The notes below the pieces were generated by a model. The model ran no database searches, had not been told where the DNA came from, and worked only from the letters and a program-made list of their open reading frames with translations. This document shows, one piece after another, positions 19,049-29,223 of a DNA stretch of 49,036 nucleotides (positions are counted from its first letter, which is position 1; each line of letters starts with the position of its first letter). The DNA comes from Prevotella sp. UBA3837 (GTDB lineage Bacteria > Bacteroidota > Bacteroidia > Bacteroidales > Bacteroidaceae), in contig DGHX01000016.1 of assembly GCA_002392835.1 (NCBI GenBank), forward strand, positions 96,923 to 145,958, written 5' to 3'. A program made the translations under genes and the position numbers.

Positions 19049-19996
19049 ATGGACAACCCAATTCATATTGCATTCTGCGTCAATGACGGTTATGTACCAT
19101 ATATGTTGGTAACTCTCACCAGCATCATCGACAAAAATCAATCGAATGAAATCAATATCCACATTCTGACGGACTATATTTCTCCCCAAATGCAATCAAG
19201 GATTGACGCTGTCATAACAGGGAGTCCAAATGCCAATTACAGAATATATACCATTAAGGATGAAAGACTAAAAGGACTATATCTTAATCACTGGACTATA
19301 TACACTTGGTATCGGGTGCTTCTTCCTGAGATTCTTCCTATTAGAATTCATAGAGTGTTATATTTAGATGCAGACACGTTAGTCCTTGGCAATCTTCAGG
19401 ATTTATTCAATATAAACATGGAAGGTAAATCAGTTGCAGGAACTACAGACGTATATATTGATGGAAAATGTAACAGGTTGGAATACTCTAAGGATAAAGG
19501 TTATATTTGCGCAGGTGTCCTTATGATGAATCTTGATTATTGGAGGGATAACAACCTGACAGAAGGACTTCTTTCGTGGGCAAAAGGGCATAACGCAATC
19601 TTAAGGATGCCTGACCAAGACACAATCAATGTAATATGCCAGGACACCAAGGTCATCTTGCCCTTAAAGTATGGAATACAAAAATGCTTCTTTATTGACG
19701 AACAATATTACCATAATCCAAAGTTAGCCAGAGAACTCAAGGATTGTATAGAACAACCTGTCATTATCCATTTCGCAGGTAGTGCTCCATGGTATAAAGA
19801 GATTGCCTTCCATCCGTTTCAAAAAGACTGGGAGAATTACAATAATCGGGTTGTCCCCTCTGTTAAGATGAAGTATATGACAAAAGGATGGGCTCGCATT
19901 AAAATGCATATCTGGTATACGCTCCATCCCCATAAGAAGGATACTATCATTTCTAAATCAGAAATCCTTCAGAGGCTCACAGACCATGTTATATAA
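19049..19996 (+). CDS. Glycosyltransferase family 8
   Basis: IHIAFCVND, VLYLDAD, AGVLMMNL, DQDTIN, IIHF..PW. Start at ATG 19049. Confidence 0.92.
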   Translation: MDNPIHIAFCVNDGYVPYMLVTLTSIIDKNQSNEINIHILTDYISPQMQSRIDAVITGSPNANYRIYTIKDERLKGLYLNHWTIYTWYRVLLPEILPIRIHRVLYLDADTLVLGNLQDLFNINMEGKSVAGTTDVYIDGKCNRLEYSKDKGYICAGVLMMNLDYWRDNNLTEGLLSWAKGHNAILRMPDQDTINVICQDTKVILPLKYGIQKCFFIDEQYYHNPKLARELKDCIEQPVIIHFAGSAPWYKEIAFHPFQKDWENYNNRVVPSVKMKYMTKGWARIKMHIWYTLHPHKKDTIISKSEILQRLTDHVI

Positions 19997-21155
19997 ACGA
20001 GTACTCTTCATCATCGACTCCCTCGGCATCGGCGGGGCAGAGAAAAGTCTACTGGCTCTACTATCGCAATTGAACCTGCAGAAATACCACGCAGATTTGT
20101 GGATATTACATCGGGGAGGAGAATTGGAGAGTTTCATACCAGATGGTATCAATGTGCTGCCTTCACCTCATTACTCTGCCTTTGAGGGATTGTTACTCCG
20201 TCTGAGCCGTATGTACTACTCTATAAAACACAGAACACAACGAATCTTTGGACACAAATGTCATCTGGCGGAAACGCTTTGGAAGTGTACAGGTTGGGCC
20301 GCAAAAGTGCCCTCTGAGACATACGATGTAGCCATTGCCTATCAGCAGGGCATGCCGACCTATCTGACAACAAAAAAGATTCGTGCCAAGAAAAAGATTG
20401 TATGGGACAACATCAACATGATGGCAGCAGGATATGACATGAATTACAATCGGCAGTTCTACTCCAAGGCCGACCACATTATCACTGTCAGCGAAGAGTT
20501 GCAGAAACTAATGACATCCTACTATCCGGAGTTGTCGGAAAAGATGGCTTGTGTTTACGACATCCTGTCACCGGCATTTATCCTAAACCAGTCTGCCATT
20601 GCAAATGCCGTCACCCTGCATAGACAGGACAAAGAAACACTCATCGTGACCGTTGGCAGGATAGCCATTCAAAAGAACTACCCACTTGTCATCGAGACGG
20701 CCCACCTGCTTCGTGAGCGGAGTGTCGACTTCAGATGGTTCATCGTGGGCGACGGGCCAGAGCAGGAAAACATAGAGAGCCTCATCAGCGACCATCACCT
20801 GCAACAAACGGTCATTCTGTTAGGAGCCAAGACAAATCCCTATCCCTATATACGTCAGTGCGACATCTACGTGCAGACCTCGTCATTCGAGGGTTTCGGG
20901 CTGACCATCGCCGAGGCGAAGATACTGGGCAAGCCGGTGGTGAGCACCTGCTTTGACGTGGTGCACGACCAGCTACGGCACGGGCACAACGGCCTCATCG
21001 CCGACATGACGGCCGAGTCGGTGGCTGAGAACATCCTCCGCCTGGTCAACGACGAAGGCCTCCGCCGTCAGATCATACGGAACGTGGAGGCAGAGAAGAA
21101 CACGACGGCAGAGACGGAAATTAAGAAAGTGGAGCGTCTGTTAGATGAAGATTAA
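19986..21155 (+). CDS. Glycosyltransferase family 4
   Basis: GGAEKSL, TVGRI..QKN, NPYPY, EGFGLTIAEA. Confidence 0.92.
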   Translation: MLYKRVLFIIDSLGIGGAEKSLLALLSQLNLQKYHADLWILHRGGELESFIPDGINVLPSPHYSAFEGLLLRLSRMYYSIKHRTQRIFGHKCHLAETLWKCTGWAAKVPSETYDVAIAYQQGMPTYLTTKKIRAKKKIVWDNINMMAAGYDMNYNRQFYSKADHIITVSEELQKLMTSYYPELSEKMACVYDILSPAFILNQSAIANAVTLHRQDKETLIVTVGRIAIQKNYPLVIETAHLLRERSVDFRWFIVGDGPEQENIESLISDHHLQQTVILLGAKTNPYPYIRQCDIYVQTSSFEGFGLTIAEAKILGKPVVSTCFDVVHDQLRHGHNGLIADMTAESVAENILRLVNDEGLRRQIIRNVEAEKNTTAETEIKKVERLLDED

Positions 21156-22248
21156 GACCATCACCTGCCACGATGTCTACAACCACGGGGCCTCGCTGCA
21201 GGCCTTCGCCCTGCAGACCTACCTGGAGAGCCAGGGCCACGAGGTGGAGATCATCGACTACAAGCCCCCCTACCTCAGCAGCCACTACCGGCTGTGGGCG
21301 GTCAGCAACCCCGTCTACGACAAGCCGCTCGTCAAGCAGGCCTACCTGCTGGCCAAGCTGCCCGGACGCCTGCTGTCGCTGCGGCGCAAACATGCCTTCG
21401 ACCGCTTCACGCGCCGACACCTGAAACTGACGCGGCGCTACGGCAGCTACGAGGAGCTGGAGGCCGACCCTCCCGAGGCGGATGTGTATATCGCCGGCAG
21501 CGACCAGATATGGAACACGCTCTTTCCCAACGGCCGCGACAAGGCTTTCTACCTGGCTTTCGCGCCAGCGGGGAGCAGGAAGGTAGCCTACGCCGCCAGC
21601 TTCGCCACTGCCGATGTGGCAGCAGCACACCGCCCTTTCGTGGCACAGATGCTGAAAGGCCTCGACCGCATCTCCCTTCGTGAGCGCATGTCGCTGCCGC
21701 TGGCAGCCAGCCTCGGCCGCCCTGATGCCGTGGCCGTCTGCGACCCGGTGTTCCTCTTGAGCAGGAGGCAATGGGAGTCTGTCATACCCGCCAACGACTG
21801 GGCTGGCCAACCGTACCTGCTGGTCTATGACACCGAGGGGTCGGAAGCCATCAAGCAGATAGCCACAGCGACGGCACAAAGGGAGCAGTTGCTCATCTTC
21901 GACGTGAGTGCCGCCCGCCACAGCTATGCCGACCAGCATTTCCACCATGCCGGACCTTTTGAGTTCGTCAGCCTCATCAGCGGTGCGTCGTATGTCATCT
22001 CCAACTCCTTCCATGCCACAGCCTTTGCACTCATCTTCGAAAAGCAGTTCTGCGTAGTCGAGCGCTCGGAGGATATCAACGAGCGCATGCGCAGCCTGCT
22101 GAATGGCTATGGTTTACAGGCAAGGCTCGTCAAGGCTCAGATGGCAGACATGCCGTCCAGCACTATCGATTATGAGAGCGTGAGAACTCTATTGAACAAA
22201 GACATTTCTTTTTCAAAAAAGTATTTAGATGCGCTGCCTACACTTTGA
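21145..22248 (+). CDS. Polysaccharide pyruvyl transferase family protein
   Basis: NHGASLQAFAL, AGSDQIWN, AYAASF, ISLRE, CDPVFLL, NSFHATAF. Confidence 0.92.
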   Translation: MKIKTITCHDVYNHGASLQAFALQTYLESQGHEVEIIDYKPPYLSSHYRLWAVSNPVYDKPLVKQAYLLAKLPGRLLSLRRKHAFDRFTRRHLKLTRRYGSYEELEADPPEADVYIAGSDQIWNTLFPNGRDKAFYLAFAPAGSRKVAYAASFATADVAAAHRPFVAQMLKGLDRISLRERMSLPLAASLGRPDAVAVCDPVFLLSRRQWESVIPANDWAGQPYLLVYDTEGSEAIKQIATATAQREQLLIFDVSAARHSYADQHFHHAGPFEFVSLISGASYVISNSFHATAFALIFEKQFCVVERSEDINERMRSLLNGYGLQARLVKAQMADMPSSTIDYESVRTLLNKDISFSKKYLDALPTL

Positions 22249-22329
22249 CCTCCTGCGGCTTCTTGTGGCTCATCAGCCTGTTGCCCGGATTGAAGTACGT
22301 CATCGGCTGCGGCTACAAATAAAATCAGT

Positions 22330-22871
22330 AAAAAAAAGTTTTTCTGTCGAAAAATCCTACACTCCTACACTGGCCACTGTGGTACAGACAGTTAGGAGTG
22401 TAGAATAGTGTAAGATGAGTGCAGAATAGTGTAAGATGAGTGTAGAATAGTGTAAGATGAGTGTAGAATAGTGTAAGATGAGTGTAGAATAGTGTAAGAT
22501 GAGTGTAGGATAGTAGAGGATGCCTTCGGCGAACACGAACTTCCATGAATGCCCCACAAATTAATCATGAATTATTAATGATTATGTTGAAAAAACAGCC
22601 TGGAAAATTTTGTCCCAGGGCCTGGGACAAAATTTTCCGGGCCGGTAATTGTTCTTGCCATGCGGTTGGCTATACCCCGAAGCGGTTGGTTTGCCCAGCA
22701 CGACTGAGACCTTCGGCGGTTGCCTCCTCCCGTGTTGCGAGTAGGCATCCTACACTATTCTGCACTATTCTGCACTATTCTACACCATTCTACACCATTA
22801 TACACTCGTAACATGCAGATACTCAGCGCACAGTGTAGGAGTGTAGGATATTTTGGACTAAAAATTTTTTC
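22330..22871. mobile_element. Non-coding MITE-like nested palindromic element
   Basis: Inverted ends ATCCTACACTCCTACACTG / CAGTGTAGGAGTGTAGGAT; 21-bp tandem x5-6 (22396-22521); mirrored 10-bp tandem (22751-22807); central 37-bp perfect palindrome (22602-22638). Confidence 0.65.
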
Positions 22872-24080
22872 ATGAAACAGCGGTTGCTCTTCGCCATACA
22901 CTACTTAGAGCTGGGCGGGGCTGAGATGAGCCTCATCGGACTGCTGCATGCGCTGGACTACAGCCGCTACGACGCAGACCTGTTCGTATACAGCCACCAG
23001 GGCGAGCTGATGCGCTTTGTTCCCAAGGAGGTGAGGCTGCTGCCCGAGATACCGGCCTACGCCTGCATCGAACGACCGATGAAGGAGGCGTTGATGAAGG
23101 GGCACTTCCGCGTGGTCTGTGGACGGCTGAAGGCGAAGTGGCAGCACCATTTAAAGCCAAAGGGAACGGGGACGAAACAGGATGCTTCCATCTTCCAGTA
23201 CGTGATGAACGGCGTGGAACCGTGGCTGCCGTCGTTAGAGCATCTGGGCGAGTACGACCTGGCGGTAAGCTTCCTCGCGCCGCACAACATCGTGCTCCGC
23301 AAGGTACGGGCGAAGAAAAAAGCATGCTGGATTCATACCGACTACTCGAAGATCAGCGTGAACGCTGCACTGGAGTTACCCGTCTGGGGTGGCTACGACC
23401 ACATCGTCAGCATCTCGCCCGACGTGACAAGGGAGTTCCTCGGGGTGTTTCCATCGCTTGCGCCTAAGATGGTGGAGATTCGCAACATCCTGCCAGCGGA
23501 TTTCGTTCGCAGCAGGGCTGAAGAGCTGTCGGCGGAAGAGGTCGGGAAGGAGATGCCGAAAAAGGCAGGCACCATCAACCTGCTTAGTGTGGGGCGCTTC
23601 ACACACGCCAAGAACTACGACAACGTGCCCGCCATCTTGAAGCATGTCAACCTTAACGTCAGGGCTAACTGGTACCTGATAGGCTATGGCGGCGACGAGG
23701 CGCTGATACGTCAGCGCATCAGCGAGGCCGGCATGCAGGGGCACGTCATCATACTGGGGAAGAAAGAGAATCCCTACCCTTACATCAAGGCTTGCGATGT
23801 ATATGTGCAGCCGTCGCGCTACGAGGGCAATGCCGTGACCGTGCGCGAGGCTCAGATGCTGGGTAAGCCAGTGGTGGTGACCCGTTACCCCACAGCGGCC
23901 TCGCAGGTAAAGGATGGCGTCGACGGCATCATCGTGCCGCAGGACAACGAAGGCTGCGCCCGGGGAATCGCCCAATTTCTGAAAAGCGGGGAAAAAATAC
24001 AGTTGATTGTCAACTATTTACGCACGCACAATTACAGCAATGTCGGCGATATAGAAAAGTTCTACATGATCATTGATTAG
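22872..24080 (+). CDS. Glycosyltransferase family 4
   Basis: LGGAEMSL, WIHTDY, SVGRF..KN, NPYPY, SRYEG. Confidence 0.93.
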   Translation: MKQRLLFAIHYLELGGAEMSLIGLLHALDYSRYDADLFVYSHQGELMRFVPKEVRLLPEIPAYACIERPMKEALMKGHFRVVCGRLKAKWQHHLKPKGTGTKQDASIFQYVMNGVEPWLPSLEHLGEYDLAVSFLAPHNIVLRKVRAKKKACWIHTDYSKISVNAALELPVWGGYDHIVSISPDVTREFLGVFPSLAPKMVEIRNILPADFVRSRAEELSAEEVGKEMPKKAGTINLLSVGRFTHAKNYDNVPAILKHVNLNVRANWYLIGYGGDEALIRQRISEAGMQGHVIILGKKENPYPYIKACDVYVQPSRYEGNAVTVREAQMLGKPVVVTRYPTAASQVKDGVDGIIVPQDNEGCARGIAQFLKSGEKIQLIVNYLRTHNYSNVGDIEKFYMIID

Positions 24081-24136
24081 GTTTACAAGCTGGTAACTAC
24101 AGAAAAGAAAGAAAAAGTGATTTCTGTAATAGAATC

Positions 24137-24835
24137 ATGATTCCAAAGACCATTCATTACTGCTGGTTCGGCGGCAAGCCGAAGCCGAAATCGGTGCAAC
24201 GGTGCATTGCCTCATGGCGTAAGTATTGTCCCGACTATGAAATCAAGGAGTGGAACGAACAGAACTTCGATGTGAATATGATGTCTTATACCCATGATGC
24301 TTATCAGGAAGGGAAATATGCCTTCGTGAGTGATGTGGCTCGTTTCAAGGTGCTTTATGAGGAAGGCGGTGTCTATTTTGATACGGATGTGGAAGTGATC
24401 CGACCAATAGATGAGTTGGTGGAACGAGGTGCGTTCATGGGCTGGGAGAAGGCAGGAACTAAGTTGACTGTTAATCCAGGCTTAGGCTTGGCGGCTCCGA
24501 AAGGGTTCCCTTTATTTAAAGAGGTGTTGGACGGCTTTGCGAAGCTGAGCTACTATCAGGCCGATGGACAATGGAACCCCTACACCATGATTCCGCTGGT
24601 GACCGACCTGCTGAAGGAAAAGGGCATACGCATTGACGGAACACTGCAGACCATCGAAGGGCTGACTGTCTTTCCGGCGGAATTCCTCTGCCCCATGGAC
24701 TCGCTGACAGGAGAGATAAGGCTGACAGAGAACACCTACGCCATTCACCACTACTCCATGTCGTGGCTGCCTAAGTCCACACAGTGGCGAGTCCTGCTGA
24801 TGCGTAAATTAAGGCAACTCGTAAAATTCGTATAA
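24137..24835 (+). CDS. Glycosyltransferase family 32 (OCH1-like)
   Basis: MIPKTIHYCWFGG, AFVSDVAR, GGVYFDTDV, HHYSMSW. Confidence 0.93.
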   Translation: MIPKTIHYCWFGGKPKPKSVQRCIASWRKYCPDYEIKEWNEQNFDVNMMSYTHDAYQEGKYAFVSDVARFKVLYEEGGVYFDTDVEVIRPIDELVERGAFMGWEKAGTKLTVNPGLGLAAPKGFPLFKEVLDGFAKLSYYQADGQWNPYTMIPLVTDLLKEKGIRIDGTLQTIEGLTVFPAEFLCPMDSLTGEIRLTENTYAIHHYSMSWLPKSTQWRVLLMRKLRQLVKFV

Positions 24836-24843
24836 TCCGCAGT

Positions 24844-25965
24844 ATGTCTGAACCTCTCCGTGTACTGATGCTCTTCACTATTCTGAACCGTGGCGGAGCC
24901 GAGACAATGGTGATGAACTACTACCGCCACATGGACCGTCGCCGGGTGCAGTTCGACTTCGCCGTGCACCGTGAGGAGCGTGGTGCCTATGAGGACGAGA
25001 TTGAACAGCTGGGGGGCCGCATCTTCCGCTTCATGCCCCTGCGACCGTGGACCATTCCGCAGTACAAACGGCAAATCAAACGATTTTTCGATGAGCACCC
25101 CGATTATCGGATTATCCACGGACAATGCTCAGAGTCGGGCTACTACTTCTACCGCGAGGCCACGCGGCGTGGTGTACCCGTCATCATAGCCCATGCCCAC
25201 AACGCGCATGTACCCTTTGACGCCAAACTCATCTTCCGTACCTGGCTGAAGCACCGCATGCGCTCCTATATCACCCACCGTTTCACTTGCGGCAAGGAGG
25301 CCGCTGAATGGTTGTTTGGTAAGGAAGAGGCCAAGAGTGCTGTCCTTCAGCGCAACGCCATCAACACCGGTGCGTTCTGCTACAACCAGGCGACGCGAGA
25401 GCATATGAGACAGGCATTAGCCATAGAGCACGACACCCTGGCCGTGGTGCATGTAGGCCGCTTCGAGCGGCAGAAGAACCACCAGTTTGTGGTGAGGGTC
25501 TTCCAGCAGCTTCATAGGCAACATCCCGCCGCACACCTGTTCTTAGTGGGTAGCGGCGGTGGTGGCGAGCCTTCCATGCGGGACCTCGTTGACAGCCTGC
25601 AACTGGGTGATGCCGTGTGCTTCCTCGGCTCACGCAGCGACATGCCGCAAGTGCTCTGCGCCATGGACGCCTTTCTGTTCCCGTCGCTGACGGAGGGTTT
25701 CCCACTCTCGCTCCTCGAAGCCCAGTGCACGGGTCTGCCCTGCGTCATCAGCGACCAGGTGCCACAGGAGGCCTGCCTGACCGACCTCGTCAGCCGTCTG
25801 TCGCTCTCTGCCGATGTAAAGGACTGGGCCGATGCCGTCATCCGTAGTGCTGCCACCCAGCACAACCGCCAGTCCTATGCCCAGCAGATAGCCGACGCCG
25901 GCTACGACATCGAGGAGAACGCACAGTGGCTACAAGCTTTCTACACATCTTCCATTAAGTCCTAA
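24844..25965 (+). CDS. Glycosyltransferase family 4 (EpsF/CapH-like)
   Basis: RGGAETMVMNYYR, HAH, HVGRF..QKN, FPSLTEGFP..EAQ. Confidence 0.93.
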   Translation: MSEPLRVLMLFTILNRGGAETMVMNYYRHMDRRRVQFDFAVHREERGAYEDEIEQLGGRIFRFMPLRPWTIPQYKRQIKRFFDEHPDYRIIHGQCSESGYYFYREATRRGVPVIIAHAHNAHVPFDAKLIFRTWLKHRMRSYITHRFTCGKEAAEWLFGKEEAKSAVLQRNAINTGAFCYNQATREHMRQALAIEHDTLAVVHVGRFERQKNHQFVVRVFQQLHRQHPAAHLFLVGSGGGGEPSMRDLVDSLQLGDAVCFLGSRSDMPQVLCAMDAFLFPSLTEGFPLSLLEAQCTGLPCVISDQVPQEACLTDLVSRLSLSADVKDWADAVIRSAATQHNRQSYAQQIADAGYDIEENAQWLQAFYTSSIKS

Positions 25966-26002
25966 ATAGGGAATTTAGATTAAGTAATAGAAAAAGGTTA
26001 TA

Positions 26003-26887
26003 GTGTACACACTGACCATTTTCACCCCCACCTACAACCGGGCGGCAACGTTGCACCTGTGCTACGAGTCGCTGTGCCGGCAGACTTGCCGCGACTTCAT
26101 GTGGCTCATCATCGACGACGGGTCGACGGACAACACCCGCGAGTTGATAGAAGGATGGAAGGAAGAGGAACGGGTGCCGATAACCTATCACTATCAAGAG
26201 AACCAGGGCATGCACGGGGCACACAACGCCGCCTACCGGCTGACAGAGACGGAGCTGAACACCTGTATCGACTCTGACGACTACATGCCCGACGATGCCG
26301 TGGAGAAAATCGTGAACTTCTGGAAAGAGCACGGCAGTCGCGAAGTGGCAGGCATCATAGCTCTTGACACAGACTTCGAGGGCAGACTGATAGGTACCGA
26401 CTTTCCCAAAAGGATGGAAAGGACCACACTGGCTGGTTTCTACAGTCACGGCGGACGGGGTGACAAGAAGCTCATTTATCGAACGGAGGTTATCAAGAAC
26501 TACCCGGAATATCCACTCTTTGAAGGGGAGAAATACGTATCGTTAGGCTACAAGTACGAGTTGATTGATCAGGACTACGAGTTACTGGTGATGAACGAGG
26601 CGGTGTGCCGCGTGAACTACCAGCCTGACGGCTCGACGATGAACATGTACCGCCAGTACATACGCAACCCGCAGGGCTTCGCCTTCATCCGCCGGCAGTC
26701 GATGGTATTGGCACCGACGGCCCGGCGACGCTTCATGGAGGCCGTTCATTACGTGTCGAGCAGTATCATGTTGCGCAACAGCAGGTTCATACAGGAGTCG
26801 CCACGACCATGGCTCGTCGCCTGCGCTGCCCCATTAGGACTGCTGTGGTATGGCTACATCCGTTGGAAGACAAAAGGCATAAAATGA
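26003..26887 (+). CDS. Glycosyltransferase family 2
   Basis: LTIFTPTYNR, IDDGSTD, NQGMHGAHN, CIDSDD; GTG start. Confidence 0.92.
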   Translation: MYTLTIFTPTYNRAATLHLCYESLCRQTCRDFMWLIIDDGSTDNTRELIEGWKEEERVPITYHYQENQGMHGAHNAAYRLTETELNTCIDSDDYMPDDAVEKIVNFWKEHGSREVAGIIALDTDFEGRLIGTDFPKRMERTTLAGFYSHGGRGDKKLIYRTEVIKNYPEYPLFEGEKYVSLGYKYELIDQDYELLVMNEAVCRVNYQPDGSTMNMYRQYIRNPQGFAFIRRQSMVLAPTARRRFMEAVHYVSSSIMLRNSRFIQESPRPWLVACAAPLGLLWYGYIRWKTKGIK

Positions 26888-27927
26888 CCAGAATGATTAG
26901 TATTATTGTACCTGTGTATAATGAGGAGAAATATCTTCCTCAATGTCTGGACTCATTAGTGAACCAGACATACAGGGACATTGAGATTATCTGCGTGAAC
27001 GACGGCAGTACCGACGGGTCATTGGAGATTCTGAAGCGGTATGCTGAAAAGGATGAACGGATAAAAGTCGTCTGCCAGGAGAACCAAGGGGTCTCAGAAT
27101 CGCGGAATGAGGGAATGCAGATGGCACAAGGGGAATGGCTGATGTTTGTGGACAGCGATGACTGGCTGGAGCAGGATTGCTGCGAGAGGCTAATGAACGT
27201 CATGAACGACTATGACTTGTTGATATTTTCCTATATTCGAGAATTCAAGTCATCGTCAGCTCCTAAACATGTCTTCGACGACCAACCCAGACTGTTCGAG
27301 GTAGCTGATATTGACTGGCTATATGAAAGGCTGATAGCCCCTAAGGGGAAGGACTTAAAAGAGCCGGCAAAGCTGGACTGTCTTTCTACAGTATGGGGAA
27401 AACTGTACAGGACAAGCACTGTGAAAGAGTATGACATACAATTCCCATCGGCAAAGGTCACTGGTACGCTGGAAGACATGGTGTTTAACGGGCGTTATAT
27501 GAACCACGTAAAGCGGGCATACTATATTCCTGACTGTCTGTACCATCAGCAAAAGACATCGTCGGCATCGATGACCTACACCTACAAACCTTACCTGGAC
27601 AAGAAATGGATGCATGTCTTCCATGAAATAGAAATATGTTCGGTAGCTCAAGACCGGCCTTGGATAACGGCGGCCCTGGAGCGCCGCAAGGCACTCTGCC
27701 TCTTCGGGCTGGGACTAAATATCGTGTTCAGCGGAAAAGGATGTAGGGAGGAGCACAGGATGCTTGACGATATCGTTTGCTCTGATTGGTACAAACAGGC
27801 CGCCAGCCACCTCGACACACGGCCCATGCCCCTGCACTGGCGCTGCTTCTACGGTGCCGCCCGCCGCCGGTGCACCTGGGCGGTACTGCTGATGGTGAAG
27901 GTCATCAATGTCATCATTAACCGGTGA
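26884..27927 (+). CDS. Glycosyltransferase family 2
   Basis: ISIIVPVYN, VNDGSTD, FVDSDD, WGKLY, LED; ATGA overlap. Confidence 0.92.
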   Translation: MTRMISIIVPVYNEEKYLPQCLDSLVNQTYRDIEIICVNDGSTDGSLEILKRYAEKDERIKVVCQENQGVSESRNEGMQMAQGEWLMFVDSDDWLEQDCCERLMNVMNDYDLLIFSYIREFKSSSAPKHVFDDQPRLFEVADIDWLYERLIAPKGKDLKEPAKLDCLSTVWGKLYRTSTVKEYDIQFPSAKVTGTLEDMVFNGRYMNHVKRAYYIPDCLYHQQKTSSASMTYTYKPYLDKKWMHVFHEIEICSVAQDRPWITAALERRKALCLFGLGLNIVFSGKGCREEHRMLDDIVCSDWYKQAASHLDTRPMPLHWRCFYGAARRRCTWAVLLMVKVINVIINR

Positions 27928-27943
27928 AAAAAGACATCAATTA

Positions 27944-27975
27944 TTTGGTGGTTTAAGGAAGAAACGCTATCTTTG
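27944..27975 (+). promoter_or_regulatory. Internal Bacteroidetes promoter TTTG-N20-TATCTTTG
   Basis: Full -33/-7 consensus with canonical spacing. Confidence 0.7.
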
Positions 27976-28000
27976 CGGTACAAAAAACAGACAACATAAG

Positions 28001-28072
28001 ATGGGAACATATATCAACATAGGGAATGCCGGATTTAAGGTAAGTCGTAACAGCGAATACATTGACAAATGA
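28001..28072 (+). pseudogene. 23-codon N-terminal remnant resembling an AAA-ATPase-like (PF09820-type) gene
   Basis: MGTYINIGNAGFKVSRNSEYIDK*; resembles the N-terminus ending in Y(I/V)DK of Bacteroidales AAA-ATPase/PD-(D/E)XK proteins. Confidence 0.65.
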
Positions 28073-29223
28073 GAATTGTTTATTGCACCGACAGTGTCTG
28101 CCATGCAGGCGGCATTCAGCGCATCACCATTGCCAAGGCTAATGCACTGGCTGACATCGAGGGCAACGAGGTATGGATTGTCGTGACGGACAACAAGCGG
28201 CCTAAGCCCGTCCTGCCCATCTCAGGGAAAGTACATCTGGTTGATCTGGATGTGAACTACTTTGAGGACGACTGGAAGTCAAGGCTTCACGTGTTGAAAG
28301 GAATCTTTGTCAAGCGAAGGGAGCATAAAAGGAAACTACAACAATTCCTTAATACTATCAGCCCCGACATCGTGGTTTCTACTGGAACTTCGGAGAAGAA
28401 CTTCATTCCACGGATGAAAGTAGCGTCACATCCTTCATTCGTCAGAGAAATACATTTTACGTCTAATTATAGGCAGTTGGCTGCTAACGGGTGGTTTGAG
28501 AAATTGTCAGCCTGGGCAGGTGACATCATAGACTATCGTTACCACATTCGGAAATATGACAAAATAGTGGTCCTGACAGATGAGGACAAGCAAAGGCAAT
28601 GGAAGAATTACAGCAAAGTGGAAGTTATTCCGAACCCTCTGACCATAGAACACAGCAAGCGCTCTACACTAAAGAGCAAAACTGTCGTAACGGCAGGACG
28701 CCTGACGGCTCAGAAGAACTTCGCTTCACTCATCAATGCATGGCGAATCGTCAACAAAAGCCACCCTGACTGGAAACTCGAGATTTGGGGTGAGGGGAGT
28801 CTCAGAAACGAATTGCAACAGCAGATAGAGAACTTGCCGTTAAAAGATTCTGCCAGTCTGATGGGATACACAGATGATATTATCTCAAAGTTTGCGGACG
28901 CATCCATATTTATCTGTACATCAATTTTTGAAGGTCTGCCTTTAGTCTTTATCGAGGCGATGTCATGTGGTCTGCCAGTTGTCTCTTATTCTTGTCCTTG
29001 CGGACCTAAGGATATCGTCACAGAAGGAGAGGATGGTTTCTTAGTACCTGTAAATGATGAGCAAATGATGGCATCACGCATTTGCTACCTAATAGAGCAT
29101 GAAGATGTGAGGATTCAGATGGGACAGGCAAGTTTAGATAATTCAAAAGCATACTCAAAAGACATCATAGCCGCCAAATGGATGGCTATTTTTAGAAATC
29201 TGCTTAACGCGAAAAGGAAATGA
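28069..29223 (+). CDS. Glycosyltransferase family 4 (AmsD-like)
   Basis: AGGIQR..KANAL, REIH, VIPNP, AGRL..QKN, FEGLPLV.IEAM, GPKDI. Confidence 0.93.
   Translation: MRIVYCTDSVCHAGGIQRITIAKANALADIEGNEVWIVVTDNKRPKPVLPISGKVHLVDLDVNYFEDDWKSRLHVLKGIFVKRREHKRKLQQFLNTISPDIVVSTGTSEKNFIPRMKVASHPSFVREIHFTSNYRQLAANGWFEKLSAWAGDIIDYRYHIRKYDKIVVLTDEDKQRQWKNYSKVEVIPNPLTIEHSKRSTLKSKTVVTAGRLTAQKNFASLINAWRIVNKSHPDWKLEIWGEGSLRNELQQQIENLPLKDSASLMGYTDDIISKFADASIFICTSIFEGLPLVFIEAMSCGLPVVSYSCPCGPKDIVTEGEDGFLVPVNDEQMMASRICYLIEHEDVRIQMGQASLDNSKAYSKDIIAAKWMAIFRNLLNAKRK

Noticed and set aside
22396..22521. Possible CRISPR array or coding repeat (ORFs 22325..22546 and 22357..22557)
   Set aside because: Head-to-tail 21-mers without spacers; the ORFs are translations of the repeat.
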